The notes beneath the pieces were generated by a model, which saw nothing but the letters and a program-made list of their open reading frames with translations, made no database searches and was not told the DNA's origin. From a virus, in the IMG/VR virus record IMGVR_UViG_3300036770_008702, positions 19,952 through 83,951 of that record: a stretch of 64,000 nucleotides of DNA, one strand, 5' to 3'. The position numbers and the translations under genes are program-made. This document shows positions 1-13,430 of this stretch, piece by piece (within the stretch, counting starts at the first letter, position 1; every line of letters begins with the position of its first letter).

Positions 1-2783
1 TTGGCGGGTCTTAGGTTGGCAGCAGCATCGAAAAGGGTCCCGGCGAGTTGACCTCCTGGCTCGTTCAGCGCAGCATTGCCGACATCATCGTCGGAAGTAA
101 CGACATTCAGGTCTTCCGGAGGTGCTCGATAGGCTAAGGAGGCCAGCCGATCCCAGATCTGAATAAACGCGCTTGATGCATGGGCGGTTGCGTCTAATTT
201 CTCACGCATTCTTTGGAGCCAGGACGTAGCTGCCGGCAAGAACGATAGAAGAACCTCTTCAGGAATGCGCATCAGATTCGCAGCGATCCGCTGCGAAAGA
301 AAGTCAACATCCGCCCCTGTGGCTTCCCAGAAAAACTCCTTCCAACGCTCTGGGTCCCAATGATGCTCCGCGGCGGAAGCCTCGAGTCCATTCAACGCGC
401 GTGCCGGGTCCGATGCGCATAGGGCGCGCCAGATGTCACTGCTTTCAAATGGATGCTCCCTCTGGAGTCGCCCCGCGACAGAAACTAGTTCAGGTTCTGA
501 GACCCCAGAAAGGACTGAAGGATCGCCTCGCAATCCCCAACTGCTAGTCATCCAATAGCTGAAGTCGTCACGATCACCCGCCCCGGCGATCCAGTCCGGA
601 TGTCGTTGCTTTATTTTCTCGAGCGCCTCCCGGCCGTTTCCATCCAAAATGCCACCAGCACCCTTGATGCGCGCAAGTCGCTTGAATGTGGCTCTGTCCC
701 GTACTGCTTGCCATTCGTCTGGATCAGCGATCGCCTCCTCTCGATACATCGCACTTGGAGGCCCATCAACGAGCCGCAGTACTAAGTTCACGTGCGCCGT
801 GGTTGAAAATTGATTCCACCGCTCCGCCATCAAACGCATCGTTTCGCGGCGAAGGCTGAGTGACCAAAACTCGGTATCTTTGAGGTCAAGAAGTCCATCC
901 GCTGCCTCATCGGCTGTATATGCGACGTGATTGACCAAGGCATGGAGGTGCAGGCGCTGGAACAGTGCGTACTTCGACGAGCTCCATTGTTGAGCATGAG
1001 ATCGCGCGTCTGTCGGTGCTAGCGCAACAAGTCGCGTCCAAACCTCGGCAATCAGCCGCACCAAGGGAAGAAAGCCCCCGCGATGCCGGTTTTGATCGTG
1101 CTCGGCAATTGACGGTACATCACCTGACGATCTGTCATACGGTTCAACAAAGCCAGCGTCTCGAGCCTGATCGAGCGCTGCATCCAAACTCCGACATAGC
1201 GTTCGCAACAGACCCTCGACTAATTCTGCGTCCTCCGGCAGAACATCGATGACTTCTTGCATTCTTGGTGGGTGTGAGACTTCGAAATCCACCTCGATCA
1301 GCGATCGCGCGGTGACTGTGTCCGCTTCGCGTTGCTCAGTGTACGGCCATTTGACAGGGCGGCGAACATGCAGCATCGGCCGGAAGAGTTCGGCTACAGC
1401 GGATCGAAACCCGAACTCGTCTTCGACAGCAGTTGATTTATTCAGCAAAAGAATTGAGCGGTGTCGCCAGGAGGGTTGTTGGTTCCGCCGCGCCCAGATG
1501 ATCCATCGCCATGCTGTCCTGTATTCCGCAGGTGGGAGGTGTTCCTTTCGACCCAGCGCCCACTCGACTGTCTCCCAAGTTTGCTCGCTTACGGGCTCTG
1601 ATGCGCAGTTCCGGACCATCTCGGGATCGCCGAGGCGACTTACAATCCAACTACTTGCTGTGATTCTCCCATCAGCAAAAACGCCGCGTTCTCGGAGTTT
1701 GGGCAGCCATTGTGCGGACGGTGAAATTACACCGAGGAGCCGGTCGGCGTCTCCGTGCCTCAGGAGAGCTACGATTTCCCCGAGATCGAACTCGCTGACC
1801 GATGCCGGATCGGAGGATAGGAAGGCGGTCAGGCGCTCCTTTCGCCAGGAGGTCGGATCCTCGGCGTAGCGGGCCCACTCGCGGATCGTCCGATACAACG
1901 GAAGATGACTGCCCTGCGCATCCTTTTGGTACAGGACCGGTTCAATACCCTTGGCACGCCAAAGCGCTTCTTCATGAAGACCCTTGGCCGCATCTCCCGC
2001 TGCGAAGGCGTATACGGGTTTCAAGTCGGGAAAGCGCTCACGATCGGCCTCAAGGGCCTCAAGCAGATATCGCATCGGCGGGTCGTCAGCCGAGTACCCG
2101 ACAAGAACTAGGGTATGAGTTCTGAAGACATCATAGAGGTAACGCGACGCCCATCCGCTGCGAAGATAAGCGTCACCGAACTCGGCGCTCGTCAATACAA
2201 GGTCAGTGTCGTCTAGATCGAGTGTTGTGTCCGCAAGGCGACCATGCAGATGCAGAACGCCATTGAACCGTCCATCCTTAGGCTGAGGCATTGCTTGACA
2301 TGCATGAGAAGCGATTGAAGTCGTCTTGGCGAATTTCCATGCGCGTTCAAACAGCGTGTCGAAATTGGTGGTGAGTATCCGATTACGGTGTTCGGCGTCC
2401 CTTGATAGCTCAAGAAGCATGAGGTGGTCAGTCAGATCCGCATCATTTTTGGGCGCCAAACTGTTTCGTACTGCGTCTCGAATACGCCCGCGCCAGGACT
2501 GAGAGCTTCGGCTACCTTGGCCAACGAGACGACGTTCCAGCGCGCGCAGTAGTCTGTCGTATTGCCCGCTAAGGCTACCTCCATCGCGCATAATCTCGTT
2601 CTCAGCCGGGTGTACCTCCCAGCGCTCCCCGAGGTGCTGGTAGATCCGTTCAACTAGACCACGGAAAAGCGGCAGCCCGGCATTAAGTGAAACGCCTGCG
2701 CCACACACGAACAGCACTTCTCCCCGTTCCTGAGCTCGAACCAGTTCGTCCGGGAGGTTGGGGCCATCATCAACTAGGCGCAT
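1..2783 (-). CDS. SIR2-domain protein, Dsr1-like defence-associated sirtuin (partial; 3' end outside window, >=927 aa)
   Basis: Hand translation from ATG at 2783 (upstream AAGGTAAGG): MRLVDDGPNLPDELVRAQERGEVLFVCGAGVSLNAGLPLFRGLVERIY...RILTTNFDTLFERA...VLHLHGRL...DLVLTSAEFGDAYLRSGWASRY...LVLVGYSADDPPMRYLL. These are the SIR2 GAGxS, TTNFD and HG motifs. It is absent from the ORF track, consistent with no stop codon inside the window. Confidence 0.88.
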   Translation of the reverse strand, partial: MRLVDDGPNLPDELVRAQERGEVLFVCGAGVSLNAGLPLFRGLVERIYQHLGERWEVHPAENEIMRDGGSLSGQYDRLLRALERRLVGQGSRSSQSWRGRIRDAVRNSLAPKNDADLTDHLMLLELSRDAEHRNRILTTNFDTLFERAWKFAKTTSIASHACQAMPQPKDGRFNGVLHLHGRLADTTLDLDDTDLVLTSAEFGDAYLRSGWASRYLYDVFRTHTLVLVGYSADDPPMRYLLEALEADRERFPDLKPVYAFAAGDAAKGLHEEALWRAKGIEPVLYQKDAQGSHLPLYRTIREWARYAEDPTSWRKERLTAFLSSDPASVSEFDLGEIVALLRHGDADRLLGVISPSAQWLPKLRERGVFADGRITASSWIVSRLGDPEMVRNCASEPVSEQTWETVEWALGRKEHLPPAEYRTAWRWIIWARRNQQPSWRHRSILLLNKSTAVEDEFGFRSAVAELFRPMLHVRRPVKWPYTEQREADTVTARSLIEVDFEVSHPPRMQEVIDVLPEDAELVEGLLRTLCRSLDAALDQARDAGFVEPYDRSSGDVPSIAEHDQNRHRGGFLPLVRLIAEVWTRLVALAPTDARSHAQQWSSSKYALFQRLHLHALVNHVAYTADEAADGLLDLKDTEFWSLSLRRETMRLMAERWNQFSTTAHVNLVLRLVDGPPSAMYREEAIADPDEWQAVRDRATFKRLARIKGAGGILDGNGREALEKIKQRHPDWIAGAGDRDDFSYWMTSSWGLRGDPSVLSGVSEPELVSVAGRLQREHPFESSDIWRALCASDPARALNGLEASAAEHHWDPERWKEFFWEATGADVDFLSQRIAANLMRIPEEVLLSFLPAATSWLQRMREKLDATAHASSAFIQIWDRLASLAYRAPPEDLNVVTSDDDVGNAALNEPGGQLAGTLFDAAANLRPA

Positions 2784-3055
2784 TGCCTTACCTTGCATCA
2801 GTGGCCGGGCGGGGATCATTGTCGCCAGCGACTGTGGATTACGACACTGGCATGGTGAAGTCGACATTGCTGATGACTTTCTAACATGCAGTGCCGCGCG
2901 GAACGCGTCCGAACCGCCAAGCCGCCTCGCAACCTCATGCACATGGATGAGCGCAGCCTTGTGCCAACACGTCGGTTCGGCAACCATGCTCGCGTCCAGA
3001 GATGGCCCGCAGAAGCTGAGCCTCTCCCCAGATTGCTACAAGGAATCCGCCTTTT

Positions 3056-4858
<1,803 letters not shown>

Positions 4859-4940
4859 GTATACCCATCCGTCACAGGTGCCACGCTCAATTCGCTTTGC
4901 TTCGCGCGAGGAGAACTATCGTCCTCGAAGGGGCGCGGTG

Positions 4941-6110
4941 ATGTCTGTCTACCCGATCAGACCTCTTGGCGAGATCGTCGAGAACCTCGACGCGCAACGC
5001 CGGCCGGTCAAGAGTTCAGAGCGAAGGCCAGGCCCATATCCCTATTTCGGCGCGCAAGGCATTGTGGACCATGTAGATGGTTTCCTTTTCGATGGGGAGT
5101 TCGTCCTGGTTGCCGAAGACGGTGAAAATCTGCGATCGCGCAACCAGCCCATCGCGTTGATGGCGCGTGGCCGCTTCTGGGTGAACAACCACGCTCATAT
5201 CCTGCGCGGCACTTGGTCTGCGAATACCCGCTTTTTGTTCTATGCCCTCAACCACGCTGACATTTCAGGCTATGTAACAGGCTCGACCATACCGAAGCTT
5301 TCCCAGGGCAACCTGAACCGCATACTGGTTCCCTGTCCGTCAATCGACGAGCAGCGCGCAATCGTCGCTATCCTCGGCGCACTCGACGACAAGATCGACC
5401 TGAACCGCCGGATGAACCAGACGCTGGAGGCGATGGCCCGCGCCATCTTCCAGGACTGGTTCGTCACCTTCGGCCCCACCCGCGCCAAGCAGGAAGGCCG
5501 CCCCCCCTACCTCGCCCCCGACCTCTGGTCCCTCTTCCCCAACCGCCTCGACGACGACGGCAAGCCGGCGGGGTGGCAGGTCCGAAAGGTGGTGGATGTT
5601 CTCGATCTCGCCTATGGCAAGGCGTTACCATCCCCGGATCGCACACCCGGCCCTATTCCTGTCTACGGATCAGGCGGCATTACAGGACACCACGATACGG
5701 CATTGGTTGATGGACCTGGTGTGATCGTTGGCCGCAAAGGCACAGTTGGCAGTTTGTATTGGGAAGACCATCCATTTTATCCGATTGATACGGTGTTCTA
5801 TGTTGTCCCCCGAACCTCGATGGCATTCTGTTTCTACTTACTGCGAACACTCGGGCTCGAAGGCATGAACACCGATGCGGCCGTCCCTGGCCTCAACAGG
5901 AACAACGTGTATCGGCTGCCGGTTCCGTGGGCGCCGGAGGAGGTGCGGCAGGTATTTGACTCGGTCGTGATGCCGCTCCGCGCAAAGATTTCAGCGAATG
6001 ACGCAGAGGCCCGCACCCTCGCCGCCACCCGCGACCTCCTGTTGCCAAAACTCATGTCCGGCGAACTCCGCGTGAAGGAGGCCGAGCGTCTGGCGGAGGC
6101 GGCCCTGTGA
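4941..6110 (+). CDS. hsdS: Type I R-M specificity subunit S
   Basis: Two TRDs separated by conserved P..EQRAIVAILGALDDKIDLNRRMNQTLEAMARAIF; C-terminal RDLLLPKLMSGELRV. Start taken as ATG 4941. Confidence 0.93.
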   Translation: MSVYPIRPLGEIVENLDAQRRPVKSSERRPGPYPYFGAQGIVDHVDGFLFDGEFVLVAEDGENLRSRNQPIALMARGRFWVNNHAHILRGTWSANTRFLFYALNHADISGYVTGSTIPKLSQGNLNRILVPCPSIDEQRAIVAILGALDDKIDLNRRMNQTLEAMARAIFQDWFVTFGPTRAKQEGRPPYLAPDLWSLFPNRLDDDGKPAGWQVRKVVDVLDLAYGKALPSPDRTPGPIPVYGSGGITGHHDTALVDGPGVIVGRKGTVGSLYWEDHPFYPIDTVFYVVPRTSMAFCFYLLRTLGLEGMNTDAAVPGLNRNNVYRLPVPWAPEEVRQVFDSVVMPLRAKISANDAEARTLAATRDLLLPKLMSGELRVKEAERLAEAAL

Positions 6111-7135
6111 GCTACTCACCGAAGGGCGAACTCATTCTTTACCGCACCGAGGACGGCCGAACCACGATCCAGCTTCGCGCGGTCGATGGCACCGCCTGGT
6201 TGACACAGGCGGACATCGCCGCCCTGTTCGACACCACCAAGCAGAATGTCAGCCTGCACCTTAAAAACATCTTTTCCGACAAAGAGTTGGACCCTACCGC
6301 AGTTGTCAAGGAATCCTTGACAACTGCCGCCGACGGCAAGGCCTACCCGACCCAGCACTACAACCTCGACGCCATCCTCGCGGTTGGCTACCGCGTGCGC
6401 TCGCCCCGCGGCAGCCAGTTTCGCCGCTGGGCGACCACCGTGCTGCGCGAATACCTGGTGAAGGGCTTCTCCCTCAACGACGAGCGACTCAAGGACCCCG
6501 CCGCCACGGACTACTTCGACGAGCTGCTGGCGCGCATCCGCGATATCCGCGCCTCGGAGAAGCGTTTCTACCAGAAGGTCCGCGACCTCTTCAAAGCCAC
6601 CAGCGTGGACTACGACGGCACCGACGACGCCGCCAAAACGTTCTTCGCCACCATCCAGAACAAGCTCGTCTTCGCCGTCACCGGCCGGACCGCGGCGGAG
6701 CTGATCGTGGAGCGGGCCGATCCGACCAAACCCAACATGGCGCTCACCAGTTGGAAAGGGCCGACGGTCCGCAAAGGCGATGTCACCATCTCGAAGAACT
6801 ATCTCAACGCCGAGGAGATCGAATCCCTCAACCGCCTGACCACGATGTTTCTGGACTTCGCCGACGAGCGCGCCCGCCGTCGGCGTGAAACCCGCATGGC
6901 CGACTGGCTGGCCCAGACCGATCGCTTCCTCGCATTCAACGAACGTGACGTCCTGCGCAACGCCGGCAGCATCTCGCATGATCGGATGGAAGCAATTGCC
7001 CATGGCCGCTTCGAAACCTTCGACGCCAACCGCCGCGCCTCCGAACTGGCCGCCGCGGAAGAGGAAGCCGCGGCCGAGATGAACCAACTGGAGCAGGAGG
7101 CGCAGCGACTTCGGCGCCCGCGCAAGCCAAAGTGA
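6107..7135 (+). CDS. rhuM: RhuM-family (virulence RhuM / putative DNA-binding) protein
   Basis: [65 protein letters not shown]; this family is commonly found inside type I R-M operons. Confidence 0.88.
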   Translation: MSYSPKGELILYRTEDGRTTIQLRAVDGTAWLTQADIAALFDTTKQNVSLHLKNIFSDKELDPTAVVKESLTTAADGKAYPTQHYNLDAILAVGYRVRSPRGSQFRRWATTVLREYLVKGFSLNDERLKDPAATDYFDELLARIRDIRASEKRFYQKVRDLFKATSVDYDGTDDAAKTFFATIQNKLVFAVTGRTAAELIVERADPTKPNMALTSWKGPTVRKGDVTISKNYLNAEEIESLNRLTTMFLDFADERARRRRETRMADWLAQTDRFLAFNERDVLRNAGSISHDRMEAIAHGRFETFDANRRASELAAAEEEAAAEMNQLEQEAQRLRRPRKPK

Positions 7136-10100
7136 CCGGTATCGCGGAAAGTCATGTGGAGGAAGCGGCGCTGCATTGGCTCGCCGAGCTTGGCTACGCC
7201 GTCGCCGCTGGCCCCGACATCGGCCCGGACGGCGCGCGGCCCGAGCGAGCTACCCATGGCGACACTCTCCTCCTCGGTCGCCTGCGCGCCGCCATCGCCC
7301 GGCTGAACCCCGGACTTGCGCCGGAGGTCCGGGCGGCCGTGCTGGCGAAGGTCACCCAAACGGAAACCCCGTCGCTGATCGAAGAGAACCGCCGCCTCCA
7401 TCGCTATCTGGTGGAAGGCGTGCCGGTGGAGGTGCGCCGGCCGGACGGCAGCATCGGGGGCGAACTCGCCCGCCTGATCGACCTCACCGACGTCGCGGCC
7501 AACGACTGGCTGGCGGTGAACCAGTTCACGGTCATCGAGAACAAGGCCAACCGTCGGCCCGATGTGGTGGTACTGGTCAACGGTTTGCCGCTCGGCGTGA
7601 TCGAGTTGAAGAACCCCGGCGAACAGAACGCCACCCTCGACGGTGCCTTCAACCAGTTGCAGACCTACAAGGCCCAGATCACCTCCCTTTTCCGCGCCAA
7701 CGTCGCCCTGGTGATCTCCGACGGCATCGCCGCCCGCATCGGCTCGCTCACCGCGGACCGAGAACGCTTCATGCCCTGGCGCACCATCACCGGCGACGAC
7801 CTGGCGCCCAAGAGCGCGCCGGAACTGGAGACCCTGCTGAAGGGCGTCTTCGACCGGCAACGCCTGCTGGACCTGATCCGCGACTTCCTCGTCTTCGGCG
7901 GCTCCGGCAGTGACACGGTGAAGATCCTGGCCGGCTACCACCAGTTCCACGCCGTGCGCCACGCCGTCGCCCGCACCCTCGCCGCCACCGCCCCGGGGGG
8001 AGACCGCAAGGTGGGGGTCATCTGGCACACCCAGGGCTCCGGCAAGAGCCTGCTGATGGCGTTCTACGCCGGCCAGGTCATCAAGCACCCAGAGATGCAA
8101 AACCCCACGGTCGTGGTGCTGACCGACCGCAACGACCTCGACGAGCAGCTCTTCGGCACCTTCTGCCTGTGCCAGGACCTGCTGCGCCAGTCCCCGCAGC
8201 AGGCTGAGGACCGCGACCACCTGCGCAAGCTGCTCGATCGCCCCTCCGGTGGCGTGATCTTCACCACCCTGCAGAAATTCTCGCCCGAGAGCGGCTCCAC
8301 CGACTACCCGGTGCTGACCGACCGCCGCAACGTGGTGGTGATCGCCGATGAGGCGCACCGCAGCCAATACGGCTTCCGCGCGAAGGTCGCCGCCAGGACG
8401 GGCGAGATTTCCTACGGCTTCGCCAAGTACCTCCGCGACGGGCTGCCCAACGCCTCCTTCATAGGCTTCACCGGCACGCCGATCGAGAAGGACGACGTGA
8501 ACACGCCGGCGGTGTTCGGCAACTACATCGACATCTACGACATCGCCCGCGCCGTGGAGGACGGGGCGACGGTTCCCATATACTACGAGAGCCGCCTGGC
8601 GAGGATCGAACTGGACGAGGACGAGAAGCCGAAGCTCGATGCCGAGATCGAGGACCTGACCGAGGACGAAGCCGAGACCGAGCAAGAACGCCTGAAGCGC
8701 AAATGGGCCAGCGTCGAGGCCCTGGTCGGCGCCGAGAAGCGCCTCGCCCTGGTGGCCGAGGACTTGGTACGCCATTTCGAGGCCCGCATCGCGGCGCTGG
8801 ACGGCAAGGCGATGGTGGTGTGCATGAGCCGCCGCATCTGCGTCGCCCTCTACGACGAAATCATCCGGCTCCGGCCCGCATGGCACAGCGACGATGACGA
8901 TGCGGGCATGGTGAAGGTCGTGATGACCGGAGCGGCTTCCGACCCGCCCTCCTGGCAACCGCATATTGGCAAGCGGCCGAAAGCCCGCCGTGAGGCATTG
9001 GCCAAGCGAGCCAAGAAGGCCTCCGATCCGCTTAAGCTCGTCATCGTCCGCGACATGTGGCTGACGGGTTTCGACGCCCCGAGCATGCATACGATGTATG
9101 TGGACAAGCCGATGAAGGGCCACGGCCTGATGCAGGCCATCGCCCGCGTGAACCGGGTGTTCAAGGACAAGCCGGCCGGCCTGGTGGTGGACTACATCGG
9201 CGTTGCGCAGAACCTGAAGAGCGCCCTGGGGCAGTATTCCGGCGGCGACCGCGACCAGACGGGCATCGATGAGGCCGAAGCGATCCGTGTCCTGGAGGAG
9301 CACTACGAGATCGTCCACGCCATGTTCCGCCCCGACATGGCCGGCGGCTTTGATTACCGGCCCGCCTTGGAGCCTGGGGCGAGCGCACCCGTCCGCCTGG
9401 GCATCATGGCCGGCGCCATCGACTGGGTGCTGACCATGCAGCAGAATGACGCTGCCAAGGAGATCACCGAGGAGGGCAAGAAACGTGCCCATCGTCGGTA
9501 TGCCGACGCGGTGGCGGCCCTCTCCAAGGCATTCGCGCTCGCCTCCGCCAGTGACGAAGCGCGGGCCATCCGCGAGGAGGTGGGGTTCTTCCAGGCGATC
9601 CGGGTCGCCCTGGCCAAGAGCGCGCCTGGCGACGGCAAGAAGAGCACCGCGGAACGCGAGTTCGCCATCCAGCAGCTTGTCAGCCGCGCCGTGGTGTCCA
9701 CCGAGATCGTCGACATCATGAAGGCCGCGGGCCTGGACAGCCCGGACATCTCCATTCTCTCCGACGAATTCCTGGCTGAAGTGCGCGAGATGGAGAAGCG
9801 GAACCTCGCGATCGAGGCACTGAAAAAGCTGATTGCCGGCACCGTGCGTGCCCAGGCCCAGCGCAACGTGACCCAGGCCAAGGGCTTCACCGAACGCCTG
9901 GAAGCCGCGATCGCCCGCTACCACACCAACGCCATCACCACGGCCCAGGTGCTCGAAGAGCTCATCCAGATCGCCAAGGACATCCGCGCCGCCCGTGCCC
10001 GCGGTGAAGAAACCGGACTGTCGGACGAGGAGGTCGCCTTCTACGACGCCTTGGCCGAGAACGAGAGCGCCCGCCAGATGATGGGCGAGCCCGCTCTTCG

Positions 10101-10302
10101 CCTGATCGCCCATGAGCTTGTCACGATCATCAGGGGCAATATGACCGTCGACTGGATGCACCGCGACTCAGCGCGCGCCAACATCCGGCGCCTCGTGAAG
10201 CGCCTGCTGCGCAAGTACGGCTATCCTCCCGACCTCCAAGACGCTGCGGTGCAGAATGTCCTGCAACAGGCCGAGGCGCTGTCGGCAGAGTGGGCGGCAT
10301 GA
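7132..10302 (+). CDS. hsdR: Type I restriction endonuclease subunit R
   Basis: [19 protein letters not shown] nuclease motif, WHTQGSGKS Walker [22 protein letters not shown]. Confidence 0.96.
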   Translation: MTGIAESHVEEAALHWLAELGYAVAAGPDIGPDGARPERATHGDTLLLGRLRAAIARLNPGLAPEVRAAVLAKVTQTETPSLIEENRRLHRYLVEGVPVEVRRPDGSIGGELARLIDLTDVAANDWLAVNQFTVIENKANRRPDVVVLVNGLPLGVIELKNPGEQNATLDGAFNQLQTYKAQITSLFRANVALVISDGIAARIGSLTADRERFMPWRTITGDDLAPKSAPELETLLKGVFDRQRLLDLIRDFLVFGGSGSDTVKILAGYHQFHAVRHAVARTLAATAPGGDRKVGVIWHTQGSGKSLLMAFYAGQVIKHPEMQNPTVVVLTDRNDLDEQLFGTFCLCQDLLRQSPQQAEDRDHLRKLLDRPSGGVIFTTLQKFSPESGSTDYPVLTDRRNVVVIADEAHRSQYGFRAKVAARTGEISYGFAKYLRDGLPNASFIGFTGTPIEKDDVNTPAVFGNYIDIYDIARAVEDGATVPIYYESRLARIELDEDEKPKLDAEIEDLTEDEAETEQERLKRKWASVEALVGAEKRLALVAEDLVRHFEARIAALDGKAMVVCMSRRICVALYDEIIRLRPAWHSDDDDAGMVKVVMTGAASDPPSWQPHIGKRPKARREALAKRAKKASDPLKLVIVRDMWLTGFDAPSMHTMYVDKPMKGHGLMQAIARVNRVFKDKPAGLVVDYIGVAQNLKSALGQYSGGDRDQTGIDEAEAIRVLEEHYEIVHAMFRPDMAGGFDYRPALEPGASAPVRLGIMAGAIDWVLTMQQNDAAKEITEEGKKRAHRRYADAVAALSKAFALASASDEARAIREEVGFFQAIRVALAKSAPGDGKKSTAEREFAIQQLVSRAVVSTEIVDIMKAAGLDSPDISILSDEFLAEVREMEKRNLAIEALKKLIAGTVRAQAQRNVTQAKGFTERLEAAIARYHTNAITTAQVLEELIQIAKDIRAARARGEETGLSDEEVAFYDALAENESARQMMGEPALRLIAHELVTIIRGNMTVDWMHRDSARANIRRLVKRLLRKYGYPPDLQDAAVQNVLQQAEALSAEWAA

Positions 10303-10995
10303 TGTCGGCGTTCCGCGCGCACTGGAAAGAGTGGGCTTTTCGCTCCCAGTCACCAATGCCCACCCGATCGAGTTTCGAACTTACGGTTTGGAGTCGCATC
10401 ATTAAAGCGCGCGACTTCAATAGGATACAACTCGGGCCCAAAACCCCCACAGCCCCAAGTCGCGGAGAAAATTGGCCCTTCGGAGAGAGATTCGGGCGTT
10501 CGTTCCGCTCGCGGAGCCCCGAGTCCACCCGGCAACCCCACGGAAAACTTGGGGTTTTCCGGGCCGTCTCACCAGCGGAGAGCGGTTCACCCCTAGGGTG
10601 GTGGCGTAGGATAGGGAACTGGGAGCGAAAAGTCTCTGTGCGCCGGCGGTCGCCGCCCAACGACGGTGAGCGGCTTCCTGGCGGGTATATTCAGCGAGCC
10701 TGCGTCGTAGCCTTTGCCAAGGCATTCTGAACACCGCTATCGTCTCGATCGTAGGTTTTGCTCCATCAGCGCCCGCAAACCCTGGGGCCAATCGCTGCTG
10801 AATTGTTGTTGCTGTTAAGCGGCGAATCTCTTGTGTTGGGCGCATTGAAGTGGCGTGCCTGCGAGAACAATATCGTTTGCCAGCTCCGAACGTTTGCCGC
10901 TCAGCCGACCCGAAGGTGAAGGCCCGACAGTCAGCTCCGCCGGAATCTTGTCTGGGGCCCGGGGAGCGGCAGGTCACAAGAAGGGACGGAAGATG

Positions 10996-11202
10996 ATGGC
11001 TACGGGTACGGTGAAGTGGTTCAACACGACCAAAGGGTATGGCTTTATCGGCCTCGACACGGGGGGCAAGGACGTATTCGTGCACGTCAGCGCAGTTCAG
11101 AAAGCTGGGCTGCGCACCCTGAACGAGGGTCAGAGGGTCAGCTTTGACGTCGAGCAACAGCCTAACGGCCGATTAGCGGCCGTGAATCTGGGCGCCGAAT
11201 GA
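10996..11202 (+). CDS. Cold-shock protein (CspA family)
   Basis: [18 protein letters not shown]...DVFVHVSAV (RNP1/RNP2), 68 aa, RBS-like AAGGGACGGA upstream. Confidence 0.95.
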   Translation: MATGTVKWFNTTKGYGFIGLDTGGKDVFVHVSAVQKAGLRTLNEGQRVSFDVEQQPNGRLAAVNLGAE

Positions 11203-11321
11203 CCAGCATGGTTGACGCAGGCGTGCAGCAAGGCCGGGAGGATGTGTGCCTTGCGACGGCGCCACAGTACAATAACACAAGGAGACTCGCGCTATACTAT
11301 TTATCAATATAATTCAGATTG

Positions 11322-13430
11322 CTAGGATTTATCAGATATTTTGTGACCAATTCTGCTTTTCAGCGTTACGATAAACGTGGCTCCGTTTTCGTCGTTGGCT
11401 GCCCTGATTTCTCCTCCCATTTCCCAGATCAGCCGTCGTGTGATGGCGAGTCCTAGGCCGGTACCTTCTGTTGCAGACTTGGTTGTCACGAATGGTTCGA
11501 ACAAGCGTGTTAGGACCGTTTCTGGAATCCCGCCACCGTTATCAGAAAAATTGATTTGCACGTCAGCGTTGGATAATCGAGAGACGGATATGCGAATCTG
11601 CCGTTTTGGTCCATATGGTTGTTTGGCAAGTGCATCACGTGAATTCATCAAAATATTAATGAGGGCCTGCTCTAGAGGTAATTTTCGGCCGCGTACAAAA
11701 ATGGCTTCATTGCAGACCTGAAGATCTACATAGATTTGATCTTGTTGGAACGTGTGCTCAAGAATTTCAAGAGAGTCTTGCGATACGAGATTGAGATCAA
11801 TATCTTCAAGTGACAAATCACTATCCGGTGTTCGCGAGAGTTGCCTTAGATTATCAATCAAACGAGCGGCGCGATTCGTCTGATGTTCTATTCTTTGCAG
11901 CCGATGCCTCGCGCTCTCGACATCGCCGTCATCGAGAGCAGCAAGAGCATTGCTTGCTGCGAGCCCGATTGTACCTAATGGCTGTCGTAGTTCATGCACT
12001 AGCCCCGCAGCCATCTCGCCAAGGGATGCGAGTCTCGCGGACGTCAGTGCACGAGCTTCGGCGTCACGACGAGCTGTCACGTCGATGGTATAGCCTACAA
12101 TTTCTGCGCCACCGTCAGGCCAGAGCGTCAATACACGAGCGTAGGTATGCAGTATCCCCCAACTGCCAGAGGGTTGCCGTATGCGCGTTTCGAACGCTAC
12201 CCGTCCTGAGGAAAGAAGCTCGTGGTTATACTCGTCTGGCTTTGGGTCATCCGGATGAACCAGGTCTGTTAGGGAAGAGAGTCTTTCGAGATCACTCGAG
12301 GGCCATCCGAACACACCCTCTATATCACCTCCGCGATATACGCTTCGGACGGTCGTGCCATCTGGCGCAACTTCTCGCAGGAAGATGACCGCGGGCAATC
12401 CATCAAGCAGGCGTTCAACGTCTTTCTGTCCCTCCAACAGCGCTGTCACCTCTCGCCGGGCGTGCCGAACATCTTCACGGCGAAGGATCCAGGCTACCGA
12501 CGCCAGCGTGACGCCAAGCGCAGTGCTGGCCAGTAACAACCACTGGACAGCCTTCCACGCAGCGCCTTGCAAGGACGCCTGGGCCTCGGCGACGGTCACG
12601 GTCCAGCCAGTTGCGACTGACAGACGTTCGACGGCGTAGACATTGTCATTTCCGCTCCAGCCGGGCCCGACGACCAGTGTGCTCTGTCTGTTTCCAATGG
12701 CCTTTCCCACCCACTCTGGCGCTCTGGCGCCAACTCGGCGTCCTGTCGGATCGAAGCTGTGCGCCAGGATCCGGAACTGGCTATCGGCGATCGCGGCGAA
12801 TGTGCCGGGTGGAAGGTTCTGGCTTAGAAGTAGTTCCCTCATTGCAGTCGGTTTCAGTGCCAGCGCCAGCGCTCGGCGGGTTTGACCTGGTCGCTCAACG
12901 GGAACGAGCGCTGCCAACACGAGCCGGTCCGCAACAGCACCAGGAAACAGATCTGAAATCGCCGGACGTGAATGTTGGAATACTTCATCAAGAGCAGGCA
13001 GCAGAGCCTGCTCGTGACCCTTTGGCAAAGCGGAGGGCAGGGGCGTTCCCGGCACGCGGAGGGAGTTAGCTCTCATCATGTAGTCGGGCGGGGGACCGAT
13101 GAGAACGATCCAGCCTCCGAGGCGAGCACCGACGGTGCGTGCACGTTCTTCAAACGCCCCGGCAGCAGCCCCAGAATCGAGCAAATTAGACGTCGCAAGT
13201 GTTTCCAGGGCGCTGACATAACGTCCCAGCTGCGCGTCCACCGCGGAAGCGAGGGCTCGCGCTGTCGACTGCAAGCGCGCTTCATCATTCGATCGGTAAA
13301 GGGTGAGGGTTGTGGAAAGTGAAAGAATTACAAACAAAATGGCTGGAAAGATGGCAAAAGCGCCAACGATTAACCGAAAAATACCAGGGCGCTTAGTTCG
13401 AAATACGGTCACTGCCTCCGCGATCTTCAT
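11322..13430 (-). CDS. Membrane-bound PAS-domain sensor histidine kinase (NtrB/DctB-like HisKA-HATPase); no adjacent response regulator
   Basis: Two TM segments, PAS (VHPDD), H-box LASLGEMAAGLVHELRQPL, N-box EQALINILMNSRDA, DNGGG, FEPFVTTK, GTGLGL. Confidence 0.92.
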   Translation of the reverse strand: MKIAEAVTVFRTKRPGIFRLIVGAFAIFPAILFVILSLSTTLTLYRSNDEARLQSTARALASAVDAQLGRYVSALETLATSNLLDSGAAAGAFEERARTVGARLGGWIVLIGPPPDYMMRANSLRVPGTPLPSALPKGHEQALLPALDEVFQHSRPAISDLFPGAVADRLVLAALVPVERPGQTRRALALALKPTAMRELLLSQNLPPGTFAAIADSQFRILAHSFDPTGRRVGARAPEWVGKAIGNRQSTLVVGPGWSGNDNVYAVERLSVATGWTVTVAEAQASLQGAAWKAVQWLLLASTALGVTLASVAWILRREDVRHARREVTALLEGQKDVERLLDGLPAVIFLREVAPDGTTVRSVYRGGDIEGVFGWPSSDLERLSSLTDLVHPDDPKPDEYNHELLSSGRVAFETRIRQPSGSWGILHTYARVLTLWPDGGAEIVGYTIDVTARRDAEARALTSARLASLGEMAAGLVHELRQPLGTIGLAASNALAALDDGDVESARHRLQRIEHQTNRAARLIDNLRQLSRTPDSDLSLEDIDLNLVSQDSLEILEHTFQQDQIYVDLQVCNEAIFVRGRKLPLEQALINILMNSRDALAKQPYGPKRQIRISVSRLSNADVQINFSDNGGGIPETVLTRLFEPFVTTKSATEGTGLGLAITRRLIWEMGGEIRAANDENGATFIVTLKSRIGHKISDKS

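Noticed and set aside
600-2884. Short ORFs listed in the track over the first 2.9 kb
   Set aside because: They overlap the long minus-strand SIR2 frame, which has clear motifs.
6799-10161. 1120-aa minus-strand ORF, and similar long ORFs such as 48989-52264, 53226-57164, 45849-48272, 35801-38146 and 22491-24617
   Set aside because: These are antisense shadows of well-supported genes, expected from high-GC codon bias, and have no recognisable motifs.
10590-10640. tRNA gene at the putative junction
   Set aside because: Only a CGCCA/CCA-like end is present, with no T-loop GTTCGA or cloverleaf. I recognised no tRNA or rRNA anywhere in the window.
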